Assembly: GCF_009914755.1 (NCBI RefSeq)
Contig: NC_060928.1
Reading direction: 5' to 3' (one strand)
Source: the human T2T-CHM13v2.0 reference genome, Homo sapiens
DNA: 64,000 bases
Shown here: one piece after another, positions 28,046 to 40,685 of the stretch
Numbering within the stretch: the stretch's first letter is position 1
How the letters are laid out: every line of letters begins with the position of its first letter
Program-made: the position numbers and the translations under genes
Notes under the pieces: generated by a model
Seen by the model: the letters and a program-made list of their open reading frames with translations, nothing else
Databases searched by the model: none
Told to the model about the DNA's origin: nothing

Positions 28046-28900
28046 CTTTTTTATCTTTTTGATCTTGTTTTAGCTGCTTGATCAATTAGTTTATTGTCTT
28101 TATCTAAAAGTCTTTACAGACAATTGTGATGGTTTGGTTTGTGTCTCAACAGCCCACTACTGAGCTATGAGGACACTTGCCTTTTTTTAAGCTACTTGAT
28201 CTTTCTTCCGAGCTAGAGACATTTTCCTCTTGTCTTTAATTTCTTTCTTAGGCTTCTTCTCATAGATGAGTATAGCAGTGTGAGCTTTCCTATACATCTC
28301 CTCTATGTCTAGAGTTACAATTTTCTTTATGCATTGAGAAAAATGTTTCCTACAAGCATCTTCATCTTCCATTAGGTTATGCATATAATCTCCAATGGAT
28401 CTGTTGTGATCTATGACGTGTTTCTGAAGTTTCTGGCATTGAGTTCCCTACTTTCTGAATTATAACCAGGAAATCATTCAGTACCTTGAGGGATAGACAA
28501 GCTTCCATCCATAGCTCCCATCAGAGTCCCAAAAAGTTTATTTTAAGTGGTAGTTCTGACGATAGCTGCATCTAAATACAAAATACCTCCACACTATACT
28601 TTGGGAGTTCATAAGCGTCGGCTGTTCAGACGATTATATCCCCTTTTCTATAGGCATAACAGTCAGACAAATGAGTTCTCTGTTGGTTACGCAAACTGTC
28701 ACCCTGAGTTTGGGCATGTTGTGTTATTTTTGTCCCGGCTTACTAAGCATTTCCGAGCATCACAATTAATTTACCCTCTGCCTTCTTCTAAATCTCAACT
28801 TGGTATCTCTTGAAGCAGGCGTTATTCTTGACAACCATTAAAAACCCCATCCTGTGGAACAGAAACCCTTAGCCTGGGGCTTGCCACAGACCTGTGGCAA
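28046..28900 (-). pseudogene. RPL5: Processed RPL5 (uL18) pseudogene, degraded, with internal deletion
   Basis: ATG at 28850 begins ATGGGGTTTTTAATGGTTGTCAAGAATAAC (cf. MGFVKVVKNK). Later YLDAAIVRTTT (cf. YLDAGLARTTT) and LMEDEDA...EEMYRKAH...YEKKPKKE...[11 protein letters not shown] (ORF 28187..28384). Intronless, with frameshifts and stops, AATAAA at 28095-28090 and an A-rich tail remnant. Confidence 0.95.
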
Positions 28901-29009
28901 CAGTGATAATTTTAAAATCATAATTATTAGCGATAACAACAAGAACACACAGTTGATTTAATAAGAATAGGGCCTTAAAGCTCTATTCCACAAACTCTAT
29001 TAGAATATA

Positions 29010-29388
29010 ATGCATCTTTATTTTAGTCTACTTGGACTACCATAACAAAATAGCATATAAAACTGAAGAACTTAAAAAAACAGACATTTTTGTTTTCATA
29101 GTTGTTAGAGGCTGGAAGTCTGAGCTCAGCAGAGTTGGGTTCTGGTGAGGGCTCTCTTCCTGGCTTGCCAGTGGCTGCCTTCTAGCTGTGGCCTCACATG
29201 GGAGGGAGAGAGTAAGCTCTCAGGTATCCCTTCTTATAAGAGCACTAATCCCACCATGAGGGCCTCACACTCATCAAGTCATCCAAACTTAATTGCTTCC
29301 CAAAGACTCCATCTTTAAACACCATTACATTGGAGGGTAGGGCCTCAATATATGAATTTGGAGGGAACACAAAAATTCATCCATAACA
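29010..29388 (-). mobile_element. MaLR solo LTR (MLT1A0-like)
   Basis: gaggctggaagtctgag...ggttctggtgagggctctcttcctggcttgc...tatgaatttggagggaacaca...ccataaca. Confidence 0.85.
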
Positions 29389-29527
29389 CTCTTCAAACCT
29401 CAAACCTTACAAATTGCCAGAATATGATTTAATATTGGTCATTATTTCTTCTGCTTCGAACACAGAAAACACTTGATTTGTATTTGTAAATCTCTAGAAA
29501 TTTTTATCTTAAAATGGCTGATTACTA

Positions 29528-29827
29528 GGCCGGGCGTGTTGGCTCACGCCTGTAATCCCAGCACTTTGAGAGGCCAAGGCAGGTGGATCACGAGGTCAGC
29601 AGATAGAGACCATCCTGGTTAACATGGTGAAACCCCATCTCTACCAAAAATACAAAAAATTAGCTGAGCGTGGTGTCAGGTGCCTGTAGTCCCAGCTACT
29701 CAGGAGGCTGAGGCAGGAGAATGGTGTGAACCAGGGAGGCGGAGCTTGCAGTGAGCTGGGATCGGCCACTGCACTCCAGCCTGGGCGACAGAGCGAGACT
29801 CTGTCTCAGGAAGAAAAAAAAAGAAAA
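29528..29827 (+). mobile_element. Alu (AluY/Sc-like) with TSD
   Basis: Full dimer; ggctgattact on both flanks. Confidence 0.95.
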
Positions 29828-30594
29828 GGCTGATTACTGAATCTGGCCTATCTTCCCTAAAATAAGCCTTTAATTACAGTTCTATACATTGTCCTCGCTT
29901 TATACATTTTCTTCTCTCTCATCCTTTCTATTTTTTTTCTTTTTCTCTGAAACATAACAGCGATATAGTATTGGGTAATTTGCTCAACACCTCTAAACTT
30001 ATTTTTCTCATCTGTATAATGGGGATAATAATATATTACCTGCCTTATGAGATATTTTGAAGCTTAAATGAGACAACGTGTACAAACATTCAGTAAGTTA
30101 TTATTACATTCTTGGTATTCTGGTGGTAAAAGCTGCAGAATCAGTGAAGGATTCAAGTATATTATTTGAACTCTGGAATATTGCTTGGGTTTATCCTCTG
30201 CTTCACTGATTCAGTTTTCTGCAATGTCAAGTTACTCTTTCTTACTTTCAATGTATTTTTTATTTAAACCATTATGTTATTATCTTTATTATACTTTCTC
30301 CTCTCCATTCTGGTATTGTTTAATAAATTGATGTGTTATGGGACTGTCTGATGAAAGCATCAGACAGAGACTTTCTAAAATATACTTTTAGCAGTGAATT
30401 TTTAAAATATGGTGATGATTTTTCTCTCTTATTTCCTCTATTCAGAAATTTGCTTTTCTTGACTGTAATTTAAAATACTTTTCTAGGCCTTCCAGGGTTC
30501 CTTCATTATTTTGTATATTAGTTCATTAATTCATTCTTACAAACTTAACTCATCTAAACTCGATAATGTTTAAAACTGAACTTCCAATCTTTCT

Positions 30595-30973
30595 TTTTTA
30601 AAATTTCCAACTTTTAAGTTCAAGGGTACGTGTGCAGGACGTGAAGGTTTGTTACATAGGTAAATGTGTGTCATGGTGTTTTACTACACAGATCATCCCA
30701 TCACACGGGTATTAATCCCAGCATCCACAAGCTATTCTTCCTTATCCTCTCCCTCTTCCCAGCCCCCAGCCCTTGGACAGGCCCCGTGTGTGTTGTTTCC
30801 CCAACTGTGTCCCTGTGTTCTCATCATTTAGTTCCCACTTGTGAGAACATGCAGTAGTTGGTTTTCTTTTCCTGCATTAGTTTGCTAAGGATAATGGCAT
30901 CCATCTCCATCCATGTCCCTGCAAAGGACATGATATCATTCCTTTTTATGGCTGTATAGTACTCCATGGTGAC
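30595..30973 (-). mobile_element. 5'-truncated older L1PA 3' end with TSD
   Basis: Antisense L1PA 3' UTR; exact 11-bp TSD ccaatctttct at 30584-30594 and 30974-30984. Confidence 0.9.
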
Positions 30974-30984
30974 CCAATCTTTCT

Positions 30985-31418
30985 CTTAAAACCTGTCTTA
31001 CCACAGCTTCCCCTATTCAGCGACAACTTCATTGTTCCCCAAATCTAGACCAAAACTATTTAATTAAGTTTTGTTTCCTCCCTTTCTCTGAAATCTCACA
31101 TTATTCATGCTGTCACAATGTTCTACCTGTCCTTTCTTCAAAATGTATCCAGAATGTGACCATGTCTTACCACCTCCCTGCAAACCACCATCACTCCTCC
31201 CTTGAATTAAGACAGAGTCCTCCTGACTGGTCCCCCTGATTTCACTCTTGCTTTCCTTCAGTCTTCTGATCCCAACACAGCATAAGTCAGGTCACTCTTC
31301 TGCTCAAAACTCTGCTATGGCTCCAAGCTTTACTCAGAGTAAAGGATGAAATGGGCACAGTGGCTTTCATTTCTATACCACCTGGAACTCATCACCACCT
31401 TGGCCTTATTTCTTTCTT

Positions 31419-31449
<31 letters not shown>

Positions 31450-31975
31450 GAGATGGAATCTCACTCTGTTGCCCAGGCTGGAATGCAGTGGCACAATCTC
31501 AGCTCTGTGCAACTTCTGCTACCCAGGTTCAAGCGATTCTCCTGCCTCAGCCTCCTGAGTAGCTGGGATTACTAGCACCTGCCACTGCTCTGGGCTTTCT
31601 TTTTGTAGTTTTAGTAGAGATGGGGTTTCACCATCTTGGTCAGGCTGGTCGTGAACTCCTGACCTGGTGATCGACCTGCCTCGGCCTCCCAAAGTGCTGG
31701 GATTACAGGCGTGAGCCACCGTGCCCTGCTGGCCTTATTTCTTTACCTCTCCTCCATGCACTGCTCACTCAACTCTTGCCTCATTGGACTTTTTACTGTT
31801 CCTCGAATATACCAATGAAACTCCTTGTTTAGGGCCTTTGCACTAGCAATTTCTTTTGTTTGAAACACTACCACCACCACCATTGCCACTTCCCAACTGA
31901 TGTCTACATGGTTATTTTCTCCTTTATGTTTTTCCTCTAATGCCACATTTCCAATGAGATTGGCACTGATCACCC
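30985..31975 (+). mobile_element. L2 fragment (interrupted by Alu)
   Basis: ttcttcaaaatgtatccagaat..., cttctgctcaaaactct, agggcctttgcactagc. Confidence 0.7.
31416..31729 (-). mobile_element. AluS with 15-bp TSD
   Basis: Reverse Alu with ~30-T tail; tggccttatttcttt at 31401-31415 and 31730-31744. Confidence 0.95.
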
Positions 31976-34265
31976 ACTGGACCAGGCTGGCCATAGATGG
32001 GGGACGTGGTATGTATGACCAAAGACAGCTAGGCATCAAACAACCTGGAGCTGGATATTTATTTTCAAAGAATGTAGGGGCTATTCAGGGCTCAGTGTTT
32101 TAAGACACTCAAGTTGATGATGAGGATAGGAATGATGACCAATATTTATTGGCAGCTATGTACCAGGCACTAGTTCAATTTTTTTGAACATATTATTATT
32201 ATTTTTAAATCTCAAATCAGCCTTATGAGATACAGTCTGCTCTTAGAAGTCCCAATTATAGATGAGGCTGTGAAAAGCCCTCAGAACTCTGTCAGTGCCT
32301 CTGTTTCTAAAGACTTATTCTTTAAATCTGATCCTAGAAGGGCTATCTTCCAGGAACATAGGAATTACCCAATAAAGACCAAAAGCTTTTCCTTATATAA
32401 TTCATTAATCATGTCTTCTAAGTAATGCAAAAATTACTTCCTTCCTCTCATCTCTTACAAGATGGAGGAAATCATCAGGCAACTAACACTAGGGATTGAA
32501 AGCTCATCTAACTCAAATTTTTTATTTTAGAGATGACATAATTGAGGTACAAAGAAAGATCGACTTTCTGAAGTGATGTGTCTAACTAATGACAGAACTT
32601 AGACACAATTCCTAAATGTGATGTGACTTAGTTTCCAGTCCCAGCTGACATTATGGGTAATGTACACGGCCATCGACAATCTTCACTGGGACCTCATGTG
32701 TCAGCTTTATATGCTGATTAGTCACATGTTTGACTCAAAATTAGAAGAGGAAACTCTTTCCTAGAATGGGTATTCATGTACTGTTATAAAATGTTGCTTG
32801 CTCTCTACTCCCAGACTGTCTTCTCGCTTCACAGTTGCCCAGCATCCTATTCTTAAAATTGGCTCCAGAAGGAAGCCCTCTTTGTCACTTGGAAAATCAT
32901 TAGCCTTCATTTCTGACTCCATCTCTCTATAGGGAAGGCATTAGGTAGAAAGTTCATAAAGCTCTAATTGAGGAATGGACCTATAAGGTATAAAAAAAGA
33001 AAAAATATTCACTAAAAATTATATTTTCATTTTTTTCTTCACTTAGCCCTGAAAGGAAATTGTGCTGCATCATTTCCTATCCATGACTAGCATTTTTGGA
33101 CTCAAATAATTTAAAGGCATTACAAAGACAATCTCTGAGAAAATGACACAATTTTACAGCAAATACAAAACCAGTAATATTTGTTTTTAACATTCCCTCT
33201 CCCTGGATCTTTCATATATTATATGTATTTTTGTCTCAATGTATTTTTTCAAATGAACTTAGTGGGAAAGATAACATCACTCAAATACTACTTGTTTCAA
33301 GGACTAGTGGGAGTACCGAAAAAGGAGAAATGACATGAAAGAAAGAATAGCTTGAAAACTTTATTTTTCTATTAAAGTATAGGAGATCCTTTTCTTTAAA
33401 TCTGGCTTATAAAACCACAATTTGAAGTAATCTCAGTGATATTATTATCACTACCAGATAGACTGGGATGTTTAAGCAAAGTAATGAACTCCTGGTAACA
33501 GTGATGAAACTCCAACTTTCTTCGATGTTACAATCACAGGTCTATCCTGAAAGTGCTTTAAAAACTGTATCTCACTTGGTCATAGAAGCAATTCATTTTT
33601 CCTGATACTAGAAGCAAACGTCAATAGCCAAAAAATTTAGTGTTAGTTGGCAGACTGCCCAACAAACAAGCAAACCCAAGAACCATTAGAGACCATCTCT
33701 GTTATTTATTGTGTGAGTCCTGGAAAATCTTCAATTTGTTTCTAGATAAGAGAAAAATAATCCCCACTTACACCATTTCTAAGTTTAGGATTTAAACTTT
33801 TAAATCCTTTCCCTGAGAGAGACTGCATCAGAGAAATATAAGGGAAGATTAAAAAGTACAATAAAATTCAAGTGATCTGCTCTGGTCATCAATGGATAGA
33901 TGAGGATTAGACCATGTTTATTATGATACCTTAAATTTGTTTTTATCAATCAGTTTTTATATTAAGCTCTAAAGAAGTGTGTTTACTTCCCAATTTACGT
34001 GTGTGAACATAGGAAAAAAGAAGTAACATTTGGCATGTCTCTACAAGCTAATTTGGTCTTTTGTTTTTCTTGTATAATGTTTTTCTTGTATAATGTAATA
34101 TATGCCTAGTAACACTTCAGTCAGGTTCAATTAAACTTTCATTTGATAATTTGTTAATTTTAAAACTTTACTTTCTATGCAAGATGTAAAACTGTCCTAT
34201 AATGCAATAAACTAATCAGCCCAAGATGATGTTATAAAAAAGGTAATTACCTAATCTTTATACCC

Positions 34266-34545
<280 letters not shown>

Positions 34546-35102
34546 CATTTCTATTAAGCTTAAGTACATCGATCAGGGAACTTAGCGGATCAACCACAAA
34601 ACTATAGGCTGGATGCAAAGTGATCATCCTCCATTGCAGCACAGCATTAAAAAAAAAGCAATCTGTTTATGTTGGCACTAAATGTATTCAAGTAAAACAA
34701 CATAAACTTGCCTATTACTTCTGTCTTATTCTACATATTTTATTTGTTTGATGTCATCCTTCTCTTCTACCTTCTTAAAATCTGTCTTGTCTATTATTTT
34801 TCATGAGTTTTCTACGTTTCCCTATCTTCCATGAATTAAACAGTATTCATTTTTTCCCTGACTCAATCCTTTATCTTACTGAAGCACTATTGCAAACAAT
34901 CTCTCTTAGCCACAGTTTTACTATGAAATAGCTACGCTATGACACAGAACAACAGACAACAGTGAATGTCATTTAACGGTTTAGGGTAGAAATTCCTGAG
35001 CTGGAGTACGCTACAAAGGGTAATACATTGCCAAGAGGCAAGTAACTTCCTATCTCCACTTTAGGATGGTATCCTCAGTACAACTCACACTTAGAACTGA
35101 CA

Positions 35103-35450
35103 ATATCTTTTGCAGCAACATGGATGGAACTGGAGGCCATTATCTTAAGTGAAATAACTCAGAAAAAGAAAGTTAAAATACCACATGTTCTCACTTATAA
35201 GTGGGAGCTAAGTAATGTGTACACGTGGATACAGAGTGTGGAATAATAGACACTGGAGACTCAGAAGGGTAGGAGGAAGAGGGGGCGGTGAGGGATGATA
35301 AATTACTCAATTGGTACAATATACGCTATTCAGGGGATGGTTACATTAAAAGCCCAGACTTCACCATTATGCAATATATCATGTATCAAAACTACCTTTG
35401 TAACCCCTAAATGTATTGTAAAAAGAAAATATATAAATAGAAATGCAAAA
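35103..35450 (+). mobile_element. L1PB3/4-like 3' end
   Basis: gcagcaacatggatggaactggaggccatt...aaaagcccagacttcaccattatgcaatatatc. Confidence 0.85.
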
Positions 35451-36005
35451 TAAAACCTCACTGGAAGCAGTTAAAAAATGATGACCTTCTAATGATCATT
35501 AAGCATCTTAACTGGAGTAGGAATGATGAGCTCTGACATCCTTTTTCCAGCCCCTAAAGCTTCTGATGATGGAAAGACAGTCATTGGTCACAGGAAATTG
35601 AGAGGCCAATGGTAAGCTGTGGTGGGGGATGGTGACTAGACCTTCTCACTGACATGCCTGGAGACTATTACCTCTCAATTCCCAGTACGAGTAAATTTGG
35701 AGAATACCAGGTGGATAAGATATCTTCCTTGGACAAGGGATATAAAAAAATGGTGGGGAAAAAGTGGACACGCACGGGGAGCAATCTAAGGTGCACCATC
35801 TGCACATACAAAAATGTGCTCTCTTGCTGGATGAAATTGAAACTGAGCTCAAAAAGCATGAGAATAGGGATCCCAGAGAAATAAAGGAACTCTGATTTCA
35901 CCTTTAGAAAGTGTTAGGTACCCACAAGCCACCATAAATGAGGTAAGAAGAGGTGGTCAGGATTGAGAATAATGTGGGTAGAGATGAAACTGAAAAAGCA
36001 GACTT

Positions 36006-36055
36006 GAGATCGTGCCACTGCACTCCAGCCCGGGCGACAGAGCGAGACTCCGTCT

Positions 36056-36102
<47 letters not shown>
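36006..36102 (+). mobile_element. Severely 5'-truncated AluY-like insertion (51 nt + 46 A)
   Basis: gagatcgtgccactgcactccagcccgggcgacagagcgagactccgtctc + A46; flanks aaaaagcagactt / aaaaggcagactt. Confidence 0.93.
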
Positions 36103-36106
<4 letters not shown>

Positions 36107-37764
36107 GACTTACGCCAGGCTGTGGATGAAGCACCTTGTATACCTGGGCTGAGCAGATGTGCAGATGTTCATGTTCACTGAGGAAAGAGGAGTGGTGTGG
36201 GGAAGGGAAAGAGGACATATAAAGTTTCAAGAAAGAAAAGAACATTACCAGATAAGAATTTTAGAAAGGAGAAGTTGAAAATGATGCAGAGATTTCTAGC
36301 TTGGGCTACATTTAGGGTACCTGAATGTAGGAAGGGTCTTAGTTTAACCTGAAACAAACAAAAGGCAGAGCTTTCAGCATAAGAGCTAAGTTCAGTTTGG
36401 GGTAGGTAAAATATTAGGTGATTACAAAAATATGTGTTCACTTACGCAAGCTTAAAAAGAATCTGTCAATGAACATCAAAGAAACAGTGAGTATTTTTCC
36501 ACTTTTCGCCATACTTCTTGTACAAATATTACAAACTTGTGCATGGGCATGAGTATAAGATGCCACAGGTCTGTCAATGACTGTGGATGGGGGTATAGCA
36601 CCTGCATGTGGATGGAGGCATGATGTGTGGGGAATTGGGGGGTGAGTGTTCATTTGGGTGAGGATCACATGCCTGCCTATGGATGTGTGTGTTACAGAAT
36701 ATGCTTATGGCAGAAAATACACATAGACAACCACTCACACATTTCTTTGAAAAATACATTTTTGTTGTTCTTCTAAATCAGCATTTTCTGAATAACATGA
36801 CTATGTTTCTTGGAACATAGTGTCTAATAAGCTGTTGATAAGTATTCCATGATGAAAGCTTTTTGCATTCAAATTAATTTAAGAAAAGCTGCAGGCGACA
36901 CGTGTCCTCTGAGCATCTTCGAGGGCCTTGAAAGGCTACTGAAGGCTCTGAGATGTCCTACAGGAAAGAAATTCACTTTCCCTTTTTTTTTTCTTTTCTT
37001 TTTTTTTTAGAGGACTTTCAAACTTATTTGGCCACAGAATTCCTTTATTCAAAAAACATGTATTAATAACCAAAGGGATACCGGTTTTACAAAACAACAC
37101 TGGAAAAAGCAGATATAAATGTGTCCAGTGAAGCAGAAACACAGTGATAATAATGAAACTGACTTTGGTAAATATGGGCAAATCCAATACAAAATTTTCA
37201 GGTCAAATATAATTCCTTTCAGGCCTAATCATTCCTGCAAATTATCTTCAAAGCTAAATTAGCTCTCAAACTTCTTAAGCAGGTAGGTCTTTGTGTACAG
37301 ATATTAACTTTACGTGATTTGCTTTTAAAAAAGGAAAGGTTTCAGGCTTTTCTATACAAATTGAGGAACTATTGAAGTGTACTCTGGTTTGTGTTGTCCC
37401 TTCAGTGACGGAGAACTCTAAACCAATTTGCAATCCGACAAATCCAACACCTTTTGGATAATGCAAACTAAGAAAGTGCTAACTGGTTTCCATGGCCATA
37501 CCTACAGCTTTATTTAAATGGATTAGGAACATAAAAAAAATACAGAATATATAACTGCAGAGCCATTTAAATTATAATGAAAAACAGTCTAGTTGAATGA
37601 AGTGGGAAATAAAAGAACTGATGATAATAATTTAAATAGTAGGTAGTACAATGAGGACCTGCTTTGCATTAGATGCCATTTCAGATAGTTTGTGTACAAT
37701 GTGTCTTATCCTGTCTTGGAAAACAAAAACCGGCACTAGAGAAGCTAATCAACTAAAAATAAAA

Positions 37765-37990
37765 ATAATAGCTAACATTTATCAAGAACTTATGTGTCAG
37801 ACACTGTTGTAAGAATTTCACATTAGTAACTCATGTGATCCTCACAGAGAACCCCACGAAGTGGGTACCACTAGTATCCCCATTTCACAGATAAGATAAC
37901 TTAGTCTCAGAACAATCAGCCATACTGATAGGCAACAGAAGAGCCAGGATTTGGGCACAGATATGTCTCTAAATCATCTGCTCTTTCTAC
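37765..37990 (-). mobile_element. MIR
   Basis: ataatagctaacatttat...atccccatttcacagataagaataacttagtctcagaac. Confidence 0.75.
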
Positions 37991-38584
37991 CTCTTTACTG
38001 TCCTAATCTCACATTTGCATGCTTTGCATTCTCCCCAAGTTCTATAAATTGATGGAATTTTAAGTTATTACAAAATGGCTGATGTTAGAGCCTTTTGAAA
38101 ATTTCAGGCAATCGTGTCCCTAAGGGCCTTTAACAGAGTTAACATAAAATAATCAGTTTTATAAGAAGATGTTCCTACTTCTGTATTTGATGTCACCCTT
38201 CATTGTCACAGTTCAACCCCAAGAAATGTCACTTGAAGTTACTTCTCTGGACAGTTTTTGATATATTCAGCAATAAAATGAATCAGCAACCTCTAAAAGC
38301 AAAACTTTGTGTTACACTTATGAATTTCTGTCCTGATTTCAACCTTTTATTGCTAAAGTTTTTAGTCTAAATAAGTATTTTTCTCCCAACTCTGGCATGT
38401 TGCCTGATTCAACCAAATTGCTGTCCATATTTCTTTTGCTGGTAGCTGCTACCTGGCAATAAGCCATATGATGCCAGAGTGATTAAAGCCAGAATTTAGG
38501 TTTCAGGTAAGCACCCCTTCCTTGGATAATAGAAATGTTATATCCAGATCCAGGGTTAAGTCAACCCCTCTCCCACTGACCAAG

Positions 38585-38982
38585 TAACATAGTTTGGATG
38601 TCCGCTCCAAATCTCATGTTAAAATGTAATCACTGTTAGAGGCAGGGCCTGGTGGGAGGTGTTGGAGTCATGGGGGCAAATTCCTCATGGCTTAGTGCCA
38701 TCCTAGAGATAATGAGTGAGTTCTTGCAAGATCTGGTTGATTCAAAGTGTGTGGCACCTCCCCCACCTCCATTGTTCTCACCTTCGCCATGTGAGACCAC
38801 TGTTCCTACTTCACCTTTTGCCGTAAGTAACAGCTTCCTGAGGCCTCACTAGAGACTGAGCAAACGCTGGTGTCATGCTTCCTATACAGTCTGCAAAACC
38901 ATGAGCCAATTAAACCTCTTTTCTTTATAAATTGCCCAGCCTCAAGTATTTCTTTATAGCAATGCAAATGCAGCCTAACACA
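38585..38982 (+). mobile_element. MaLR solo LTR (MSTB-like) with 5-bp TSD
   Basis: caaatctcatgttaaaatgtaatc...ccatgagccaattaaacctcttttctttataaatt; CCAAG on both flanks (38580-84, 38983-87). Confidence 0.9.
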
Positions 38983-39634
38983 CCAAGTTTAGAGAAGGTA
39001 GCTGTCACATTCTAAAAAGGAATTTCAACAAGTTAAGCAAGCAAACCAAGCCAAAAGTAAGGGATGGCTGAGGGACTTAGTAAGTTTCATGCAAGAATAA
39101 AGGGAAACGATATTTATAGTTTTTCTCTAATGCAAAAGGCAATGCTTGGAACTTCACTACATTTATTAATTGCCCAGAACCACCCTGGAAGGGAGTTTAT
39201 TACTACTTCCATTAATAGATGTTAAAGAGACATGTCTGGGTAATGCAGGTGGTGACTAAGCTCGGACTTGCACCCAAGTCTGGTATGAAAGTCCTGTTTC
39301 TACTACCTCACATGCCTTCCTAAGGCAAAAAACAAACAAACAAACAAACAAACAAAACAGGAAAGAAGATTTAGAGTTGGACCAAAGAGCTGCTTTCAAA
39401 TGTGGTTATAGAAGAAAAGCATGAGCCTTGTTCTACTTAACTCCACAAAGAAGAGTTGGGACTGTGGTAAAGAGATAAAACTTGAGATACAATAGAAATA
39501 TTTTTCTAACACTAGACCTGTCTGAAAACGGGAGGAAAAATTCTGAGTTTCAGTCTCCTGTCATGAAAGGGGTCCAAGAAGAAGCTGAAGGGCCAGGTTT
39601 GAAGTCTTCTCTGGTCTCTAAAATAATTTGATCA

Positions 39635-39937
39635 GGCCATGCGCGGTGGCTCACACCTGTAACCCCAGCACTTTGGGAGGCCGAGTTGGGTAGATCACGA
39701 GGTCAGGAGATCAAGACAAGCCTGGCCAAGATGGTGAAACCCTGTCTCTACTAAAAATACAAAAATTAGCCAGGCATGATGGTGGGCGCCTATAATCCCA
39801 GCTACTCTGGAGGCTGAGGCAGATAATTGCTTCAACCCGGGATGCAGAGGTTGCACTGAGCAGACATTGCACCATTGAACTCCAGCCTTGGTGACAGAGC
39901 AAGACTCTGTCTCAAAAAAAAAAAAAAAAAAAAAAAA
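39635..39937 (+). mobile_element. AluS
   Basis: Full dimer with A24 tail. Confidence 0.95.
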
Positions 39938-40369
39938 GATAATAATAATTGGATCCTAAAATTCTAAGCAAAATTCATATTCTCTGAAAAATACTTGATA
40001 TCACGAACACTTCTTCTCAATAATCTCCATTCCTTCTCAGCTGTGCAACATTAAGAAGTTGGACTGCTGTTCCTCAGTTTGCTTATTTGTGAAGCAGAAA
40101 TAAAATCATTTTTATGCCATCTTTTAGAAGATTGAGGCGAACAGAAGATTATGATAAAACATTTGAAATTCTTAACCCATCATAAACTCCAAAGAGTGTT
40201 ATTTACCTCTCCCTACATGTTTATGAGGTCCAAGTCAGTGTCAGAGCTGTCATGGAGGAACTTCCTGTCACCATGCAAAAAGCACAGTGAGTCTTGCTCA
40301 TATGTGTGTGCCTGGATCACTCATTAGTGTGCATTTGCTGTTGACTCACATGTTTTCCTGCTTTTTCAC

Positions 40370-40685
40370 TTTTTTTTTCTTTCTTTCTTTTTTTTTTTTT
40401 GGGGGGGAGACAGAGTCTTGCTCTTATCCCCTAGGCTGGAGTATAGTAGTACGATCATGGCTCACTGCAACTTCACCCTCCTGGGCTCAAAAAGGGATCC
40501 TCCAACCACAGCCTCTCGCATAGCTGGGACTACAAGCATGCGCCATCACACCCAGCTAATTTTTGTAGTTTTTGTAGAAATGGGGTTTTGGCATGTTATA
40601 GTTGCGAACCACTGAGCTAAAGGGATCCTCTTGCCTCGGCCTTCTAAAGTGCTGGAGTTACAGGTGTGAGCCATCGCATCCGGCC
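40370..40685 (-). mobile_element. AluJ
   Basis: Diverged reverse Alu (gatcatggctcactgcaac...ctgggctcaa; ttttgtagaaatggggtttt). Confidence 0.9.
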
